A stretch of 64,000 bases of DNA. Origin: an uncultured Verrucomicrobiae bacterium (GTDB lineage Bacteria > Verrucomicrobiota > Verrucomicrobiia > Limisphaerales > JAFGQR01). This document shows positions 1-12,500 of this stretch, piece by piece. The notes beneath the pieces are model-generated. The model was not told the origin of the DNA and made no database searches. It saw only the letters and a program-made list of their open reading frames with translations. The translations under genes and the position numbers were made by a program. The DNA lies in assembly GCA_963788655.1 (NCBI GenBank), contig CAWBHS010000039.1, positions 1 to 64,000 of the forward strand. Reading direction: 5' to 3'. Numbering within the stretch: the first letter of the stretch is position 1; the number at the start of each line of letters is the position of its first letter.

Positions 1-48
1 GCGTGGTTTCTGAGGTTGCCGCGGCGGGGGCCCCGGCAGACTCGTTTT

Positions 49-79
49 CGGATAAACCGACAAATTGTCGGTTTATCCG
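49..79. repeat. Perfect palindrome (15-bp arms) upstream of integrase remnant
   Basis: CGGATAAACCGACAA-A-TTGTCGGTTTATCCG. Confidence 0.85.
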
Positions 80-109
80 GGCGCGATTGAACTGGCAAAA
101 CCGACACCA

Positions 110-304
110 ATGAAGGAGCCTGAATATTGCAATTGGCCCGAGTGGCTGGCCAACGCCGACCTCCCCGAACGTCACAAAACCAGTTTCGCCATTACCCTCC
201 ACTGGTACCTCAACTTCTGCCGCCGGGGCCGGGGCGAGGTCAACCATGACTCGGCCCGCGACTTCATCGCCTGGGCCCAGGCCCAGAAACAGCCCGAACC
301 ACTG
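110..304 (+). pseudogene. N-terminal fragment of an integron-type/phage integrase, truncated at a REP pair
   Basis: WPEWLANADLPERHKTSFAITLHWYLNFCRRGR..SARDFIAWAQAQKQPEP resembles the N-terminus of verrucomicrobial integron integrases (recalled, not searched); similarity stops exactly at the repeat at 305. Confidence 0.5.
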
Positions 305-475
305 GGTAGGGCGAGACTCCGTTGTGCCCTGACATTTCCGCATCGTTTCCGCATTCCCGGCCGCGTTGATGCGGGAATCCTACGGCGTTCGAGGATCAAA
401 GGCTTCCCCGTGCCCGACATGGGGTTGACGAACGCGCTGCGGGGAAGTCAGGGCTCGACGGAGTCTCGCCCTACC
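305..475. repeat. REP/MITE-like inverted pair, family A
   Basis: GGTAGGGCGAGACTCCGTTGTGCCCTGAC ... GTCAGGGCTCGACGGAGTCTCGCCCTACC; related copies at 41203-41373 and 59295-59338. Confidence 0.8.
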
Positions 476-639
476 AGGTGGTTGGGGGCGGCGGCATTGC
501 TTTGCGTCGCCATTGCTGGTTCGGAGCATGGATTCAGTCGTTGAACCACGGATTTCAGTTACGAAGAGGTTGCTTTATTGACGCCGGGAGGCTGGCCGGT
601 AGGTTAGCCCCTTGATCGTGAACCATCGACCTCGTGTAA

Positions 640-2476
640 TTGGACATGTATCTCGTCGCCGCCATGATGCTGGGATTGGGCAGCGGGCACAGTTTGGCGG
701 AGCCAGCCTGCGACACGGGCACGGGCCTGGAGGGTTTTATCCGGCGTTACTCCACGGATCGCAAGGCACTTCGCCAATTCTACGAGATGCCGTGGTCCGA
801 CCTGCGCTTTGACCGGCTCGAGGCGTTTTTCAACGACTGGCGAAGCCGTCTGGCCCAGGTCGAGTTCTCGCAACTCGATCCACCGGGACAAGTTGACTAT
901 CTCCTGCTGCGAAACGAACTGGCCGGCGAGTTGACCCGGCTCGCGCGAGATCGTAAGCGGTTGGGTGAAATGGACGTCTCTGCTGGCGTGGCGGCGATCC
1001 GTGCAGGAACTCGAACAGGCCCGGGAACGAATGGAACCTTTGGATGCTCCGGCCGCCGCCGCCAGAATTGCGGCGCTACCCGAGCGGTTGCAAAAGCTAC
1101 GCGAACGAATTGAGCTGGGGCAGAAGCCCAAAGCAAAAGTTCGCCAACCGAAACTCGGCACCCAAAACGAGAGTTCCAACCAGTTCGTCAGCATTGTCAG
1201 CCAGCATCAACCCGGACCAGCACCGCCCTCTGCCCTCAGCGTTTCCCCGGCCTTGGCCCAGCGGACGGCGGCTGCTGTGGACGACCTGCGCGAGACGTTG
1301 AAGACGTGGTTCACGTTTTACGACGGTTATCAGCCGGAATTCTCGTGGTGGCTCAAGCAGCCTTACGACGACACCCACCAGGCCATGGAAGATTACGCCA
1401 CGTATCTGCGCGAAGAGGTTGCCGGACTTAAAGGCAAGGATGACGATCCGTTGCTGGGCGAACCCATTGGCGCTGACGAATTGGCCAAGGATTTGGCGGT
1501 CGAGATGATTCCCTACACGCCGGACGAATTGATTGCCATCGGCGAGCGCGAATTTGTCTGGTGCGAAGCCGAGATGAAGAAGGCGGCGCGCGCGATGGGC
1601 TTCGGGGATGACTGGCAAGCTGCCCTGGCCAAGGTGAAAGCGGACTACGTGCCGCCCGGCGAACAAGACGACTTGGTCGCGCAATTGGGACGCGAAGCCA
1701 TTCGTTTCGTCAAGGAGCACCACCTCGTTTCCGTGCCGCCGCTTTGCGAAGAAACCTGGCGCGTGGCCATGATTTCCCCCGAGGGACAGAAGCTCAATCC
1801 TTACGCGGCTTATGGCGGCCAGAAGATGCTCGTGGCCTACGCCAAAGATGAAATGAAGAACGCCGATAAACTGATGGCCATGCGTGGCAACAACCGGCAT
1901 TTCACGCGCATTGTTACCGCGCACGAACTGATTCCCGGACACCATTTGCAACTGTTTATGGCCGCCCGGCTACGGGACTATCGCCAGGTGTTTTCGACGC
2001 CCTTCCTGGTCGAGGGGTGGGCGTTGTATTGGGAGACGCGGTTGTGGGATCTGGGCTATGCGCCCACGCCGGAGGATCGCATCGGAATGCTGTTCTGGCG
2101 GATGCACCGCTGCGCGCGGATCATTGTGAGTCTCAAGTTTCACCTGGGCCAGATGCAACCGGCAGCAATGGTGGACTTCCTGGTCGAACGCGTCGGCCAC
2201 GAGCGGTTGGGTGCCACCAGTGAAGTACGCCGTTACATCGGCGACGGTTTTTCGCCGCTGTACCAGTGCGCCTACATGATCGGCGGCCTGCAACTTCGCG
2301 CGTTGCGCCAGGAGGTTGTGGGCGCGGGCAAGATGACGGATCAACAATTCAACGACACGGTCCTAACTTGCAACGCGATTCCCATTGAACTTATCCGGGC
2401 GGAAATCCGGAAGCTGCCGCTGACAAAAGAAAGCCAGGCGGAATGGAAATTTGCGCCACCGGAGTCAACTGAGTAA
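640..2476 (+). CDS. DUF885 family secreted protein (one frameshift near 965)
   Basis: Signal peptide in ORF 640..1113; [12 protein letters not shown] and [11 protein letters not shown] motifs in ORF 965..2476. Confidence 0.8.
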
Positions 2477-2480
2477 AACC

Positions 2481-2891
2481 ATGCCGGTCGAACCCAACGA
2501 TCCGAACCGTGCCGTCCCCAAACTGCCGCCGGTCCTGGCCAAAACCGCGGCTACGCTGGGGCTGGAGGGCTATGCTCGCCATATCTTCCTCTGCGCGGAT
2601 CAATCCGAGCCCAAGTGTTGTGCGAAGGAAACCGGACTCGCGGCGTGGAATTTCCTAAAACGGCGCCTGAAAGAACTGAACCTGGCGGGACCGTCTCCGC
2701 GGGTGTATCGCAGCAAAGCAAATTGTCTGCGCGTCTGCACGCACGGCCCGATTGCCGTGGTTTACCCTGAAGGTGTGTGGTATCACTCCTGCACCGCGGA
2801 AGTCCTGGAGCAGATCATTCAGAAGCATTTAATCAAAGGCGAAATCGTTGAACGATACGTCTTGGCGCGAAACAAAGGAGCAGCCGCCTAG
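2481..2891 (+). CDS. Thioredoxin-like (2Fe-2S) ferredoxin
   Basis: [40 protein letters not shown]. Confidence 0.9.
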   Translation: MPVEPNDPNRAVPKLPPVLAKTAATLGLEGYARHIFLCADQSEPKCCAKETGLAAWNFLKRRLKELNLAGPSPRVYRSKANCLRVCTHGPIAVVYPEGVWYHSCTAEVLEQIIQKHLIKGEIVERYVLARNKGAAA

Positions 2892-3065
2892 CGGACTGCC
2901 GGCACCTTGCCAGCAGAACGAACGCATGCATCGGCAGCAAACGACAGCGGTGGCGCGCGCAAAATTTCCCAGTTCAATGCCATCCCAATCCTTCGGTCAA
3001 CGGTCTTCGGAATTCGGATTCAATCCGGCCCGGCTCACCAAGATGGCGGCGCTGGCGGACGCCCG

Positions 3066-3123
3066 GTGAGGGCACCGGGCCTACAAACGAACGCCGTTCT
3101 CCGTGTAGGCCGCGTGCCCTCAC
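3066..3123. repeat. REP-like inverted pair
   Basis: GTGAGGGCACCGGGCCTACA ... TGTAGGCCGCGTGCCCTCAC. Confidence 0.7.
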
Positions 3124-3232
3124 GCGGCGGATGATACAGATCCACCGACAATTTGGAGATGCGCCGCGGCTTCCCCCAGTTCGGAAACGGTGCTTGATTC
3201 AAATGCCTGCCGGACCTATCCCATTTTTCATC

Positions 3233-6200
3233 ATGAAACGTCTTGTTCGGCTGCTGGTTTTCGTTGGTGCAATCTCGCTTGCCAGTGCCCAGTCGGCAGT
3301 GCCCTGGCACCACCCGTTATACCTGGCCAACCACGGTTACTGGCCCAAGCGGGTCTCGGTGACCGTTGAGAACGACTCCGTCCGCTCCGTCGCCGGCGAA
3401 GCGGTGGCCGTCGCCATTCCGGGGCTGGCCGGTGAACCGGTGGCCTCATTGCGGGTCTGCCGCGCCGATGGCGTGGAACTCCTCTTCGACTTGCGCGACG
3501 CTCAAGGCCGGGTCAAACGCACCGGCGCCATTGCCACAACGGATCGGCTGATTTTCCCGGCAGAGTGCGCGGCGAAAAGCGCGGCTACCGTGTTTGTCTA
3601 TGCTGGCAATCAATTGGCTTGGGCCGTGCCGGATTTTTTGCCCGCCGAATTTATGAATGGCGACTTCGAACACGGCGACAATTCTCCCGACGGCTGGATG
3701 CCGGTTCAAGCTGACGAACAATATCGCCTGACCTGGACGCAATCCGGCGGACGAGACAACAGTCGTTGCGCCAGAACGGAAGTCGCCGCCGGGGCGCCCG
3801 CCACGTGGGTGCAATGGCAGCAAAGCGGCATTCCGGTCGTGCCGGGACGGACTTATCAACTCCGTGGTTGGGTGCGCGCGGAAAACGTGGCTGGCAACGC
3901 GGGCTGGTACATTCACGTGAACGGGGAACACCCGCAGTTGATCAACCGGACGTTAAACGCCGGCAGCGGGACCTACGATTGGAAACAAGTCACCGCCACT
4001 TTCACAGCGCCCACCAATGCCCGGAATGCCACCGTGGGCACTGTCCTGCACGGCACGGGGACCGCGTGGTTTGACGAGGCGGAATTCAAGGTTGTGGACA
4101 GCGAGAAGACCCTGCGAATCTAAGTCGGCCCAGTGGAAACAATGCGCTTGGATCGAGTCAATGCGGAGAGCCAATCATCGGGCAGATTGGCCGTATGAAT
4201 GCCTGGCTGTCGCCCGCAACTTCAGCGGTCAGTCCATCGGTTCGGCATTGGTTCATTTGGATCTGCGTCCGGCTTTTGCCAAGTTGCCCGCCAGCCAATC
4301 CGAAGCGCAGCTTCTCGTTCGCGGCGGGGCCACCAATCTCCCGGCCTTTTGGCTCGATGGCAAACGCGACCTGCTGTTCCCTGCCAATCTGCCGGCGAAA
4401 AGCGAATGCGAGTTTCGTGTCGGTTTCAAGACTGCTGCCGGCGGCCCGACTGATTCGCCGACCAACGAATATCCGAAGTTACTGGCAAGTTCTGTGAATC
4501 TCGCTCCGGGTGGTGATTTCGAAAATGGCGCCGCCGTATCGAACGCCTGGCGGTTGCCCAATCCGGTCGCGGGCATTTCCTTTGGGCTCAGCCGCGACGG
4601 GAAGTTCGGCCAGCATTGCTTGGAGCTTACCGTGCCCGCTAATCCACAAGAGAACTGGATCGGGTGGCGTTCGCGTGAAATCCCGGTCAAGCCCGGTGCC
4701 ACTTATTTGTTCAGCGGCTACCTCAAGGCCGTCGGGTTAAAGGGCAGCGCCGCGCTGCACGCGCATTGGCATGAGCGCTCCGGCAAACTCACCGCCACCG
4801 GCCCTTTTGCCAGCACTGCGGCGCAAGTGTCCGGCGACAGCGAATGGGTGAATTCCCGTGCGTTCCTGCAAGCGCCCCCGGATGCGGCCTTCATCCAACT
4901 TCATCTCACCATGAACGGCGTCGGCACCTTGCGACATGACGGCATCTTGTTCGCTGAAGTGATGCCGGCCGACGTACTTGAGATTACCGCGCTCACCCGG
5001 GAATCACCGGACCAACCGCTGCATGTGTGGCAGGTCAATCCGTTGGTGAAAGTGTTCCCGGACACCCTGCCGGGTCCGCCTACAACCAGCGTTGCGGTGG
5101 AGTTGGCGCGCAATGAATTTGAACCCTTCCAGCTTGCTTTGCGCGGGATTGACGAACGATCCGGGAGCCATGTCAAAGTCAGTGTGACCTCGTTGAGAAA
5201 TGCCTCGGGTTCCACGTTGCCCGCCGTAAAAGTCGAACGGGTTGGCTTGGTGCCGATTGACCATCCCAGTGCCTATTTCCGGACGGATGTGCCGGAATGG
5301 TGCCGGAAGATTCCGCACGGCGCCGCGCGCACCGATGGCTGGGCGGGATGGTGGCCGGACCCGTTGGAACCAAACGGCGGGTTCGATCTTGCCCGCGACC
5401 GGACCCAATCGCTTTGGTTTACCGTGCGCGCGTCCGAAGAGGCGGCCCCAGGCGATTATCGCGGCGAAGTACGTATTGAGGCGGACGACGGCATTCGCCT
5501 GACGTTGCCTTTGACCGTCATAGTGTTGCCGTTCGCCTTGCCGCAATCGACACACTTGAAGGCGATCTTTGATTTCCGGCGCGGACGCGGCGGTTGGTAT
5601 GGCCCTGATCCCAAGTCGCCACCAGAATACCGGAAATGGCTGCGCTTCATTGCCGAACACCGGTTGGGCATTGATCAGATCGAGCCGCCGCCCAAGTTCA
5701 GTTACGCGAACGGCCGGGTAAGCATGGACGCTACGGGCTTCGATGAGACGGCCCATTTCTGTTTTGACGAACTCGGAATGAACGTCAGCTACACGCCGTG
5801 GTTCTTCTACCAGTTCGGCTGGGCGTATCCGCCGAAGAAGTTGTTTGGACTGGCGCCCTTCACTTCGGAATGGACCAATGCCTTCCGGCAAGCCTATCGC
5901 CTGTTCAGCGACCATCTGCGCGCCCAAGGCTGGCACGACAAATTTGTCTATTACATTTCGGACGAACCGCATTTCGATCACGAGTTCGTGGTGGAGCAGA
6001 TGAAGAAGCTCTGTGGGCTGATCCATGAGGTGGATGACACGATCCCGATTTACTCCAGCACCTGGCGGCATTGCGCGGCGTGGGATGAGGCGCTCGATCT
6101 TTGGGGCGTCGGCCAATACGGCTGCTTCCCGGTGCCGGAGATGGAGCGATTGCAAAAGGTCGGCAAACATTTCTGGTTTACTTGCGACGGCCAAATGGCC

Positions 6201-6689
6201 ACCGACACCCCTTATCTGGCCACCGAGCGGATGTTGCCATATTACTGTTTCAAATACGGCGTCGAAGGCTTCGAGTTCTGGGGATTGACCTGGTGGACCT
6301 ACGATCCTTGGAAACTCGGCTGGCACGAGTTCATTCGGCAGAGCAACGAGGGCAAGGATTACTACTGGGTCCGCTATCCGGACGGCGACGGTTATCTCGC
6401 CTATCCGGGAAAAGCAGTGGGTGTGGATGGCCCGGTCAGCTCCATTCGCCTGGAGCAGGTGCGGGAAGGATTGGAGGATTACGAAGCGATGCTTTTGCTA
6501 ACGCGACTGGCGGACGAAGCCAAACAAGCCGGACGTTCCACTGCGGCCGCGGAGCGAGCGCTCGCGATGGTGCGCGCATTGGTAACCATCCCGAATGCTG
6601 GAGGGCTGCGTTCGACCGAAATCCTGCCGCACCCCGATGAACTCCCAGCCATCCGCAAAGCGATTAACGCCGCGCTACTTCTGAAATAA
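3233..6689 (+). CDS. Secreted carbohydrate-active protein: two CBM4/9-like modules plus GH123-like/DUF4091 C-terminus (frameshift near 4120)
   Basis: Signal peptide; NGDFE/GGDFE CBM starts; ARNEFEPFQL, YYISDEP, DGDGYLAYPG, SIRLEQVREGLEDYE. Confidence 0.75.
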
Positions 6690-6691
6690 GC

Positions 6692-6741
6692 GTGATCAGT
6701 GACCAGTAATCAGTGACCAGTAATCAGTGATCAGTAATCAG
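6692..6741. repeat. Heptamer tandem repeat (CAGTAAT/CAGTGAC/CAGTGAT), about 7 units
   Basis: gtgatcagtgaccagtaatcagtgaccagtaatcagtgatcagtaatcag; inverted units at ~6801-6824. Confidence 0.8.
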
Positions 6742-6867
6742 ACCGTGCGCGACAGATTCCGTCCCCAAGAAGGAGTCATTTCAGGTGAACGCGGACACTC
6801 CACTGATCACTGTTAACTGATAACGGAAAACTCGTTTGTTTCAGGGCTAGTGTCACGGTCGCAATAA

Positions 6868-7121
6868 GAGCCTGTTTTAAAATTTGGCGTGGTCCTGTTT
6901 TCGCGGAAAAGGCCGGCTGGCGAGGCGCGACGAAGGAGCATACCCGCAGCAACGAAGCCGGCCGGCCTTTTCCGCGAAAACCCGCAGGGCGGCGAGTCTT
7001 TTGAACGTGGGCTTCGTTGGCTCGATCCTTACAGCCCACTGCGGGGATGCGCGGACCTCGCCGCCTTGCCCGCGTCCAAAATCCCTCGCCGCAGGACCTC
7101 GCCCAATTTTAGAACAGGCTC
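6868..7121. mobile_element. MITE with IS5-like ends and TAA target duplication
   Basis: taa-GAGCCTGTTTTAAAATT ... AATTTTAGAACAGGCTC-taa; no credible ORF; deletion derivative at 24133-24236. Confidence 0.75.
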
Positions 7122-7143
7122 TAAGTCATTGTTGGCGCCTACT

Positions 7144-7210
7144 GAAGCGCGGATGTCTTCATCCGAACGCAAGTGGTGGCTGTTCGCGCGGATGAAGGCA
7201 TCCGCGCTCC
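7144..7210. repeat. REP-like inverted pair
   Basis: GAAGCGCGGATGTCTTCATCCG ... CGGATGAAGGCATCCGCGCTCC. Confidence 0.7.
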
Positions 7211-7324
7211 GAAGCGGTGAGCGTTAAGGATAAGGACGAAAAACATGCAAGCCCTTGTAGCCTTACTCGCCCCCCGCGAATTGAAGCTTGCCTCACACGC
7301 TCCGTTAGCAAACAGTACCCGGCC

Positions 7325-8362
7325 ATGAAAGAGAAACCGTCAACGTCCGGCTCGTTCCACGGCGCTCCGCTCTCCTCTCGCCGTTTCCTCCAACACAAAC
7401 GCATTAGCCGGCGCGCGTTCGTCCGCTCCCTGGCCGTCACGAGCACAACCATGGCAACACGGCCCTGGCGGGCTTTCGCCGAATCCGACCAACCGCTGGC
7501 TAAACGCACCTTGGGCCGGACCGGGGAGAACGTCACCATCCTTGGGCTCGGCACTGCGCCGATTGGTGAAGGGCCGGTTGAGACCAAAAAAGCCGCCCGC
7601 ATTTTTGGCGAGGTGATGGACCGGGGCGTCAATTACATCGATACCGCGCGGATTTACGGCAACGCTGAGGAAGCCCTGGGTCAACTGGTGCCCAGCCGGC
7701 GCGACCGGTTGTTTTTGGTCACCAAGGTTTGGACTGATTCCGCCCGGCGCGCGGAGGAAATGCTTCACGAGTCTTTGCGGCAGTTGAAGGTCGATCATGT
7801 CGATCTGGTCCACATTCACCACATCGGCGGCAAGGACGTGGACAAAGTGCTCGCGAAAGATGGGGTGTTGGAATATCTGCTCAAACAAAAGGAGGCGGGC
7901 AAACTGCGGTTCATCGGCATCTCAGGGCACGCGCGGCCACCCCGATTTTTGCGCCTGCTGGAAACGCGTCAGATCGACGTGCTGATGGCGGTCATGAATT
8001 ACGCCGACCACAACATTTATGACTTTGAAACCAAGGTGCTGCCGGAATGCCGCAAGCAAAACGTGGGCGTCGTGGCCATGAAAGTTTATGCCGGGATCAA
8101 GGGTGGATTTCCGTTTCACAAGCGCGGTTACGTCGGCTGCGCAACTCCGCCCGAGCGGCTGCGCAAGGCCATGGCTTATGCGCTCGATCTCGAAGGGGTC
8201 AGCGTGGCCAACATCGGTCCCTACACGCTCGAGCAGGCGATTCAAAACGTCGAATTTGCCCGACAGTATCGCCCGTTGACCGCAAGCGGACGGGCCGAGT
8301 TGCTGGCTTACGGACAGGAACTGGCGCAGAAACTGGGGCCGCGTTATGGCCCGGTGGTCTGA
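7325..8362 (+). CDS. Aldo/keto reductase with twin-arginine signal
   Basis: ISRRAFV; LGRTG..VTILGLG, IDTARIYG, LVTK, DHVDLVHIH, RFIGISGH. Confidence 0.9.
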   Translation: MKEKPSTSGSFHGAPLSSRRFLQHKRISRRAFVRSLAVTSTTMATRPWRAFAESDQPLAKRTLGRTGENVTILGLGTAPIGEGPVETKKAARIFGEVMDRGVNYIDTARIYGNAEEALGQLVPSRRDRLFLVTKVWTDSARRAEEMLHESLRQLKVDHVDLVHIHHIGGKDVDKVLAKDGVLEYLLKQKEAGKLRFIGISGHARPPRFLRLLETRQIDVLMAVMNYADHNIYDFETKVLPECRKQNVGVVAMKVYAGIKGGFPFHKRGYVGCATPPERLRKAMAYALDLEGVSVANIGPYTLEQAIQNVEFARQYRPLTASGRAELLAYGQELAQKLGPRYGPVV

Positions 8363-8438
8363 CCGACGAGCGATACCCACTTACCAAAGATCAGACCGTT
8401 GCCCCGTCCGGAATCCCAGAGCGTCCCGAAAGCAGCCC

Positions 8439-8777
8439 ATGAATTTGCCACGCAAGTTTTTCAGCCAGGAAGAGTATGAACGGCTCAGTCGGGCCGCCAG
8501 CAGATCAGCCGACGCGCTTGACGAGGGGATTCGTAGTGAAGGCAAAGAATATCGGCATCTGGCCCCCCATACAGAACAAGCACGGATAGCCAACCTGTTC
8601 CAAGGGACACGCCTCGCCGGGGGAACCATTGTGGATGGTATTTTGATTTCCGAAGGCAGCAGGATTCTGGGCCGTTGTGAAGTGATTACGGATCGCAATT
8701 ACCTGGTGGAATTCACGGTGGACCGCAGCTTTCAGAATCTGGAGATCAAGACCATCGCTGCCGAAGCGCCTTGGTAA
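8439..8777 (+). CDS. Hypothetical protein
   Basis: ATG ORF of 112 aa with plausible composition, co-oriented with the upstream gene. Confidence 0.5.
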   Translation: MNLPRKFFSQEEYERLSRAASRSADALDEGIRSEGKEYRHLAPHTEQARIANLFQGTRLAGGTIVDGILISEGSRILGRCEVITDRNYLVEFTVDRSFQNLEIKTIAAEAPW

Positions 8778-8808
8778 CCGCGCCGCCCGGCCTCAACGCG
8801 CTCCCGGC

Positions 8809-9084
8809 TCAAGTGGACTGGACCCGACGCCGCCGGTAACTGCCCGGCGAAAGGTCGAGCACAATGGCGATGGCCAGGCCGATCAACGGAATGATACTCC
8901 ACTGTCCGCCAAACCAGTGCTGCACCGCTGAGTACCACAGCGTTGTCGTGGGCAGGAAGACAAAACCGAGGAGTGGCCATAACAGCGTCTTGAAAACGCC
9001 ATTGAACCAGTAGGTAAACAGCCACAACAGCACCATCGTGATCCGAGGCACCAACACCGCAAACAGCGCAAAAACTAATGGCAT
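8809..9084 (-). CDS. Small membrane protein
   Basis: Hydrophobic 91 aa (PRITMVLLWLF, WPLLGFVFLPTTTLWY), upstream AAGGA RBS. Confidence 0.75.
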   Translation of the reverse strand: MPLVFALFAVLVPRITMVLLWLFTYWFNGVFKTLLWPLLGFVFLPTTTLWYSAVQHWFGGQWSIIPLIGLAIAIVLDLSPGSYRRRRVQST

Positions 9085-9539
9085 AATTTATTGTTCCTTT
9101 CTTGTTACTGGTAAGCGAAGGTGGGCGCCTTGGCAAGGCGGAGAACGTGAATAATTGACTGCCGCCTTCAAGGCCTCGCACTGGGCCAAGGGAAAACCAG
9201 GGCAGGTTCCCCGCGGTCCAGGCGGTTCGCAAGGTTGGAAAACCACTGCCACGTTGACCAGGATTGCCCTACCTTCGCGCCGCCTCAATGAAACATCCCC
9301 GGCGGAGCCGACCACCAGGGGAACAGCTTATGCTGTTATCTAATCCAATTCTGGACTAAAGCAAAAATCGCGTTATGATGAATACTCTCCAGCGGTTGTT
9401 GCAGGGGATTCACGCATTTTGCGTGATCTTGACGCGGTAGGGCCAACTGCTCCAGGAGCGCAGTTACCAAAGTGTGGATGAAGGTGCATGCCCGGCCTTC
9501 GCCATTAGCAGTTCACCGTTTGCTAACGACTCGTGACTT

Positions 9540-12500
9540 ATGAAAACTCGATTCCAACTCTTCGCAAATTCTCGTCTGTTTCTATTTGGTGCTGCCTTGT
9601 GGTTGACATGGGGACTTTGTTTTCCGTCCCTCATCGCCCAAGTGCCGCCGGCGGGCGGACTGGATCCCAGCTTTGTTCCAGGGACGGGCACCAACGATTC
9701 TGTCCAAGCCATTGCGGTCCAACCCGACGGTCGTATCCTGATTGCCGGTTGGTTGGAGAACCCGAACGGTGTCTCCCGATATACTATTTCCCGACTGAAT
9801 GCCGATGGCAGTCTGGATCCCAGCTTTGACCCCGGCGACGGTTCGGACGACTACATATCTTCACTGGCCGTACAGGCGGATGGCTGGGTTCTCGTTGCGG
9901 GCGGCTTTACGCGTTTCAATGGTGTCTTCTGTAAAGGGTTGGCCCGATTACACCCGGATGGTTCACTCGACCGCACGTTCAACGTCAGTCATTGGGTGCC
10001 GGATGATTTCCGCCAGATTAATCGAGTCGTCGTGCAGGCGGATGGCAGAATCCTGGTAGGCGGATTTTACAGTGACAACGTCAATGGCTGGCTGGCCTTG
10101 TTGCTGCGTTTCAATCCGGATGGCAGTCTCGACCCGACGTTCCAATTGGATTCCCAACTCTGGCGACAATGGAGCCACATCAATGACTTGGCCGTGCTGC
10201 CCGACGGAAAGTTAGTAATTGTTGGCGATTTCTTCAGCCCCTCCACGTTAGGTATCGCGCGACTGTTTCCCAACGGAGATTTAGATCCGGCTTTCGCTCC
10301 CACCTTGCCGGTTAAATTCTCCAATCCCGATTTAACGTCGGTGTTGCGGCAACCGGATGGCAAGCTCCTGGTGGTCGGTCCGCTGCTCGTTTCCGGCACG
10401 ACTTATCGCGACCGGTTGGTCCGTTTGAACGCCGATGGATCGCTGGACAATGGTTTCGTGAGCCAACCAGGTATTGGCGGCCAATACACTCGTATCTATG
10501 CCGTGGCGTTGCAACCGGATGGTAAGCTACTGCTCGGCGGGAACTTTCCAATCTATCACGGGGAAACGAGGAAATACCTGGTCCGTTTATACGTAAACGG
10601 AACCGTGGACCCCGATTTTGATGCCGGCGCCAGCATGGATGTCATTAACGCGCTCGCGGTTCTGCCGGATGGCAAGTTGCTGGTGGGCACCAAAGCAACC
10701 TTCGAGCAGAATCTTCCGTTTGGCGGCATCGCCCGGCTCCTGAGCCAATTGCCGCCGGTCATCATGGTGTCGCCCCAGAACCTGGAGGCACGGCTATGGA
10801 CCACCAATAATCTCACAGTCACCGCCACGGGCAGTCTCCCGATGGTTTACAACTGGTTCAAGAATGGCACTCTCCTGACCGCTGCTTCCCGCACGGACAC
10901 GTTGACGTTTTCGGCGGCGCAAGCTTCCGATGCCGGCAATTATTGGGTGGTGGTTGCGAATGCTTACGGATCGGTCACCAGCCAGGTGGCCACGGTAACG
11001 GTTACCTCGACCGGCACCCAACCGGTCATTACTCAGTCGCCCCAGGATCAGTCCGTCGTCGAGGGGGGAAACGTTGTCTTTGAGGTTTCGGCCACTGGGA
11101 CTGCTCCCTTGTCCTACCAATGGCTGTTCAATGGTCACCTCATAGGCGGGGCGCAATCAACAGAACTGGTATTAACTGGAGCGACTCCCGCGAATGCCGG
11201 CGACTATTCGGTCAGAGTGTCCAATCCTTCCGGAAGTGTGATGAGCCAGGTCGCCGAACTCGCCGTGTTGTCCCCGCCCGTTGTGACGAGCATCACGCCA
11301 CCGGTGCTGGTTTCGCCGGGGACGGAGGTGGCTCTCGAAGTCACCGTACGCGGCACGCCCCCGCTGCATTACGAATGGCATCATAACGGGGAAATCGTGC
11401 CCGGCGCGACCCAAAGCCAATTGGTCCTGCCCAACCTGCAAACGGACGGCATCGGCCGTTACCGCGTGGTGGTTTCCAATCCGGTTGGCCGGACAGCCAG
11501 CCCGGAAATTGCGGTGCAAATTACAAGGGCCGGCACCATCGACCTTTCCTTCAACCCGGACGCCATCAACGGCTTGGTGGACGAAATGTTGTTGCAGGCA
11601 GACGGCAAGGTACTGCTCAGCGGAAATTACGGTTTTATGATTGAAGAGGAAACGTGGAATGATCATATCGCGCGCTTGTATCCGGATGGTGGTTTGGATC
11701 CCGGCTTTGACACCCAATGCGCCGTTGCGTCCTGCTGCGAAACCTGCACCGGCCATTTGCTGGGCTTGCAACCGGACGGGAAGGCATTCGTGGACGGCGA
11801 CTATAGTGGCATAGTCCGACTACAGGCCAATGGCAACCTCGACCCCAGTTTCGAGCCGCCCCCCGGAATGTGGGATGTCCGCGGTTTTCTGGTCCAGCCG
11901 GATGGCAAAATCTTGGTCGGCACGGTGGAGGATAACTATCCTGATCCCACCGTCAGCCATGTCCGGCGGCTCAATTCAGATGGTAGCTTCGACGAAACCT
12001 TCCAATGCAGTTTGACGTGGGAATCCCAATGGCTCGACAAGTATGTATTCGTCTGGGAGCCCAACGGCCAAATCCTCGTCGGCGGTTGGTTTCAAGTGAC
12101 CAATGGCGCCGCCTCCCGCGGACTCGCCCGCCTGAACGCCGATGGCACGTTGGATTCCGCTTTCCCGCAAGCCGAGCCCGATGATCGGGTTACGCTTATT
12201 CGGCGGCAACCCGATGGCAAAATCCTGATCGCCGGCGACTTCTCGGAGGTGGGGAATGTCGCCCGCGCCGGACTGGCCCGGTTGAATCCGGACGGCAGCG
12301 TGGACACCAGTTTCAATCCCTTCTGGAACGAGAACTTGAACATCTCCAGCCTGGATCTCCAAGCCGATGGCAAGATTGTGTTGGCCAAGGCTTACCTTGA
12401 ATCCCCGTTCCCGGCGCCCCCCGGCATCGATCCGTGGTCGGCGGGTGTCATTCGGCTCAATGCGGACGGCAGTCTGGATTCCACATTTTCCACCGAAGCG

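Noticed and set aside
9100..9535. Riboswitch or ncRNA upstream of the surface protein
   Set aside because: Some short hairpins but no recognisable aptamer consensus.
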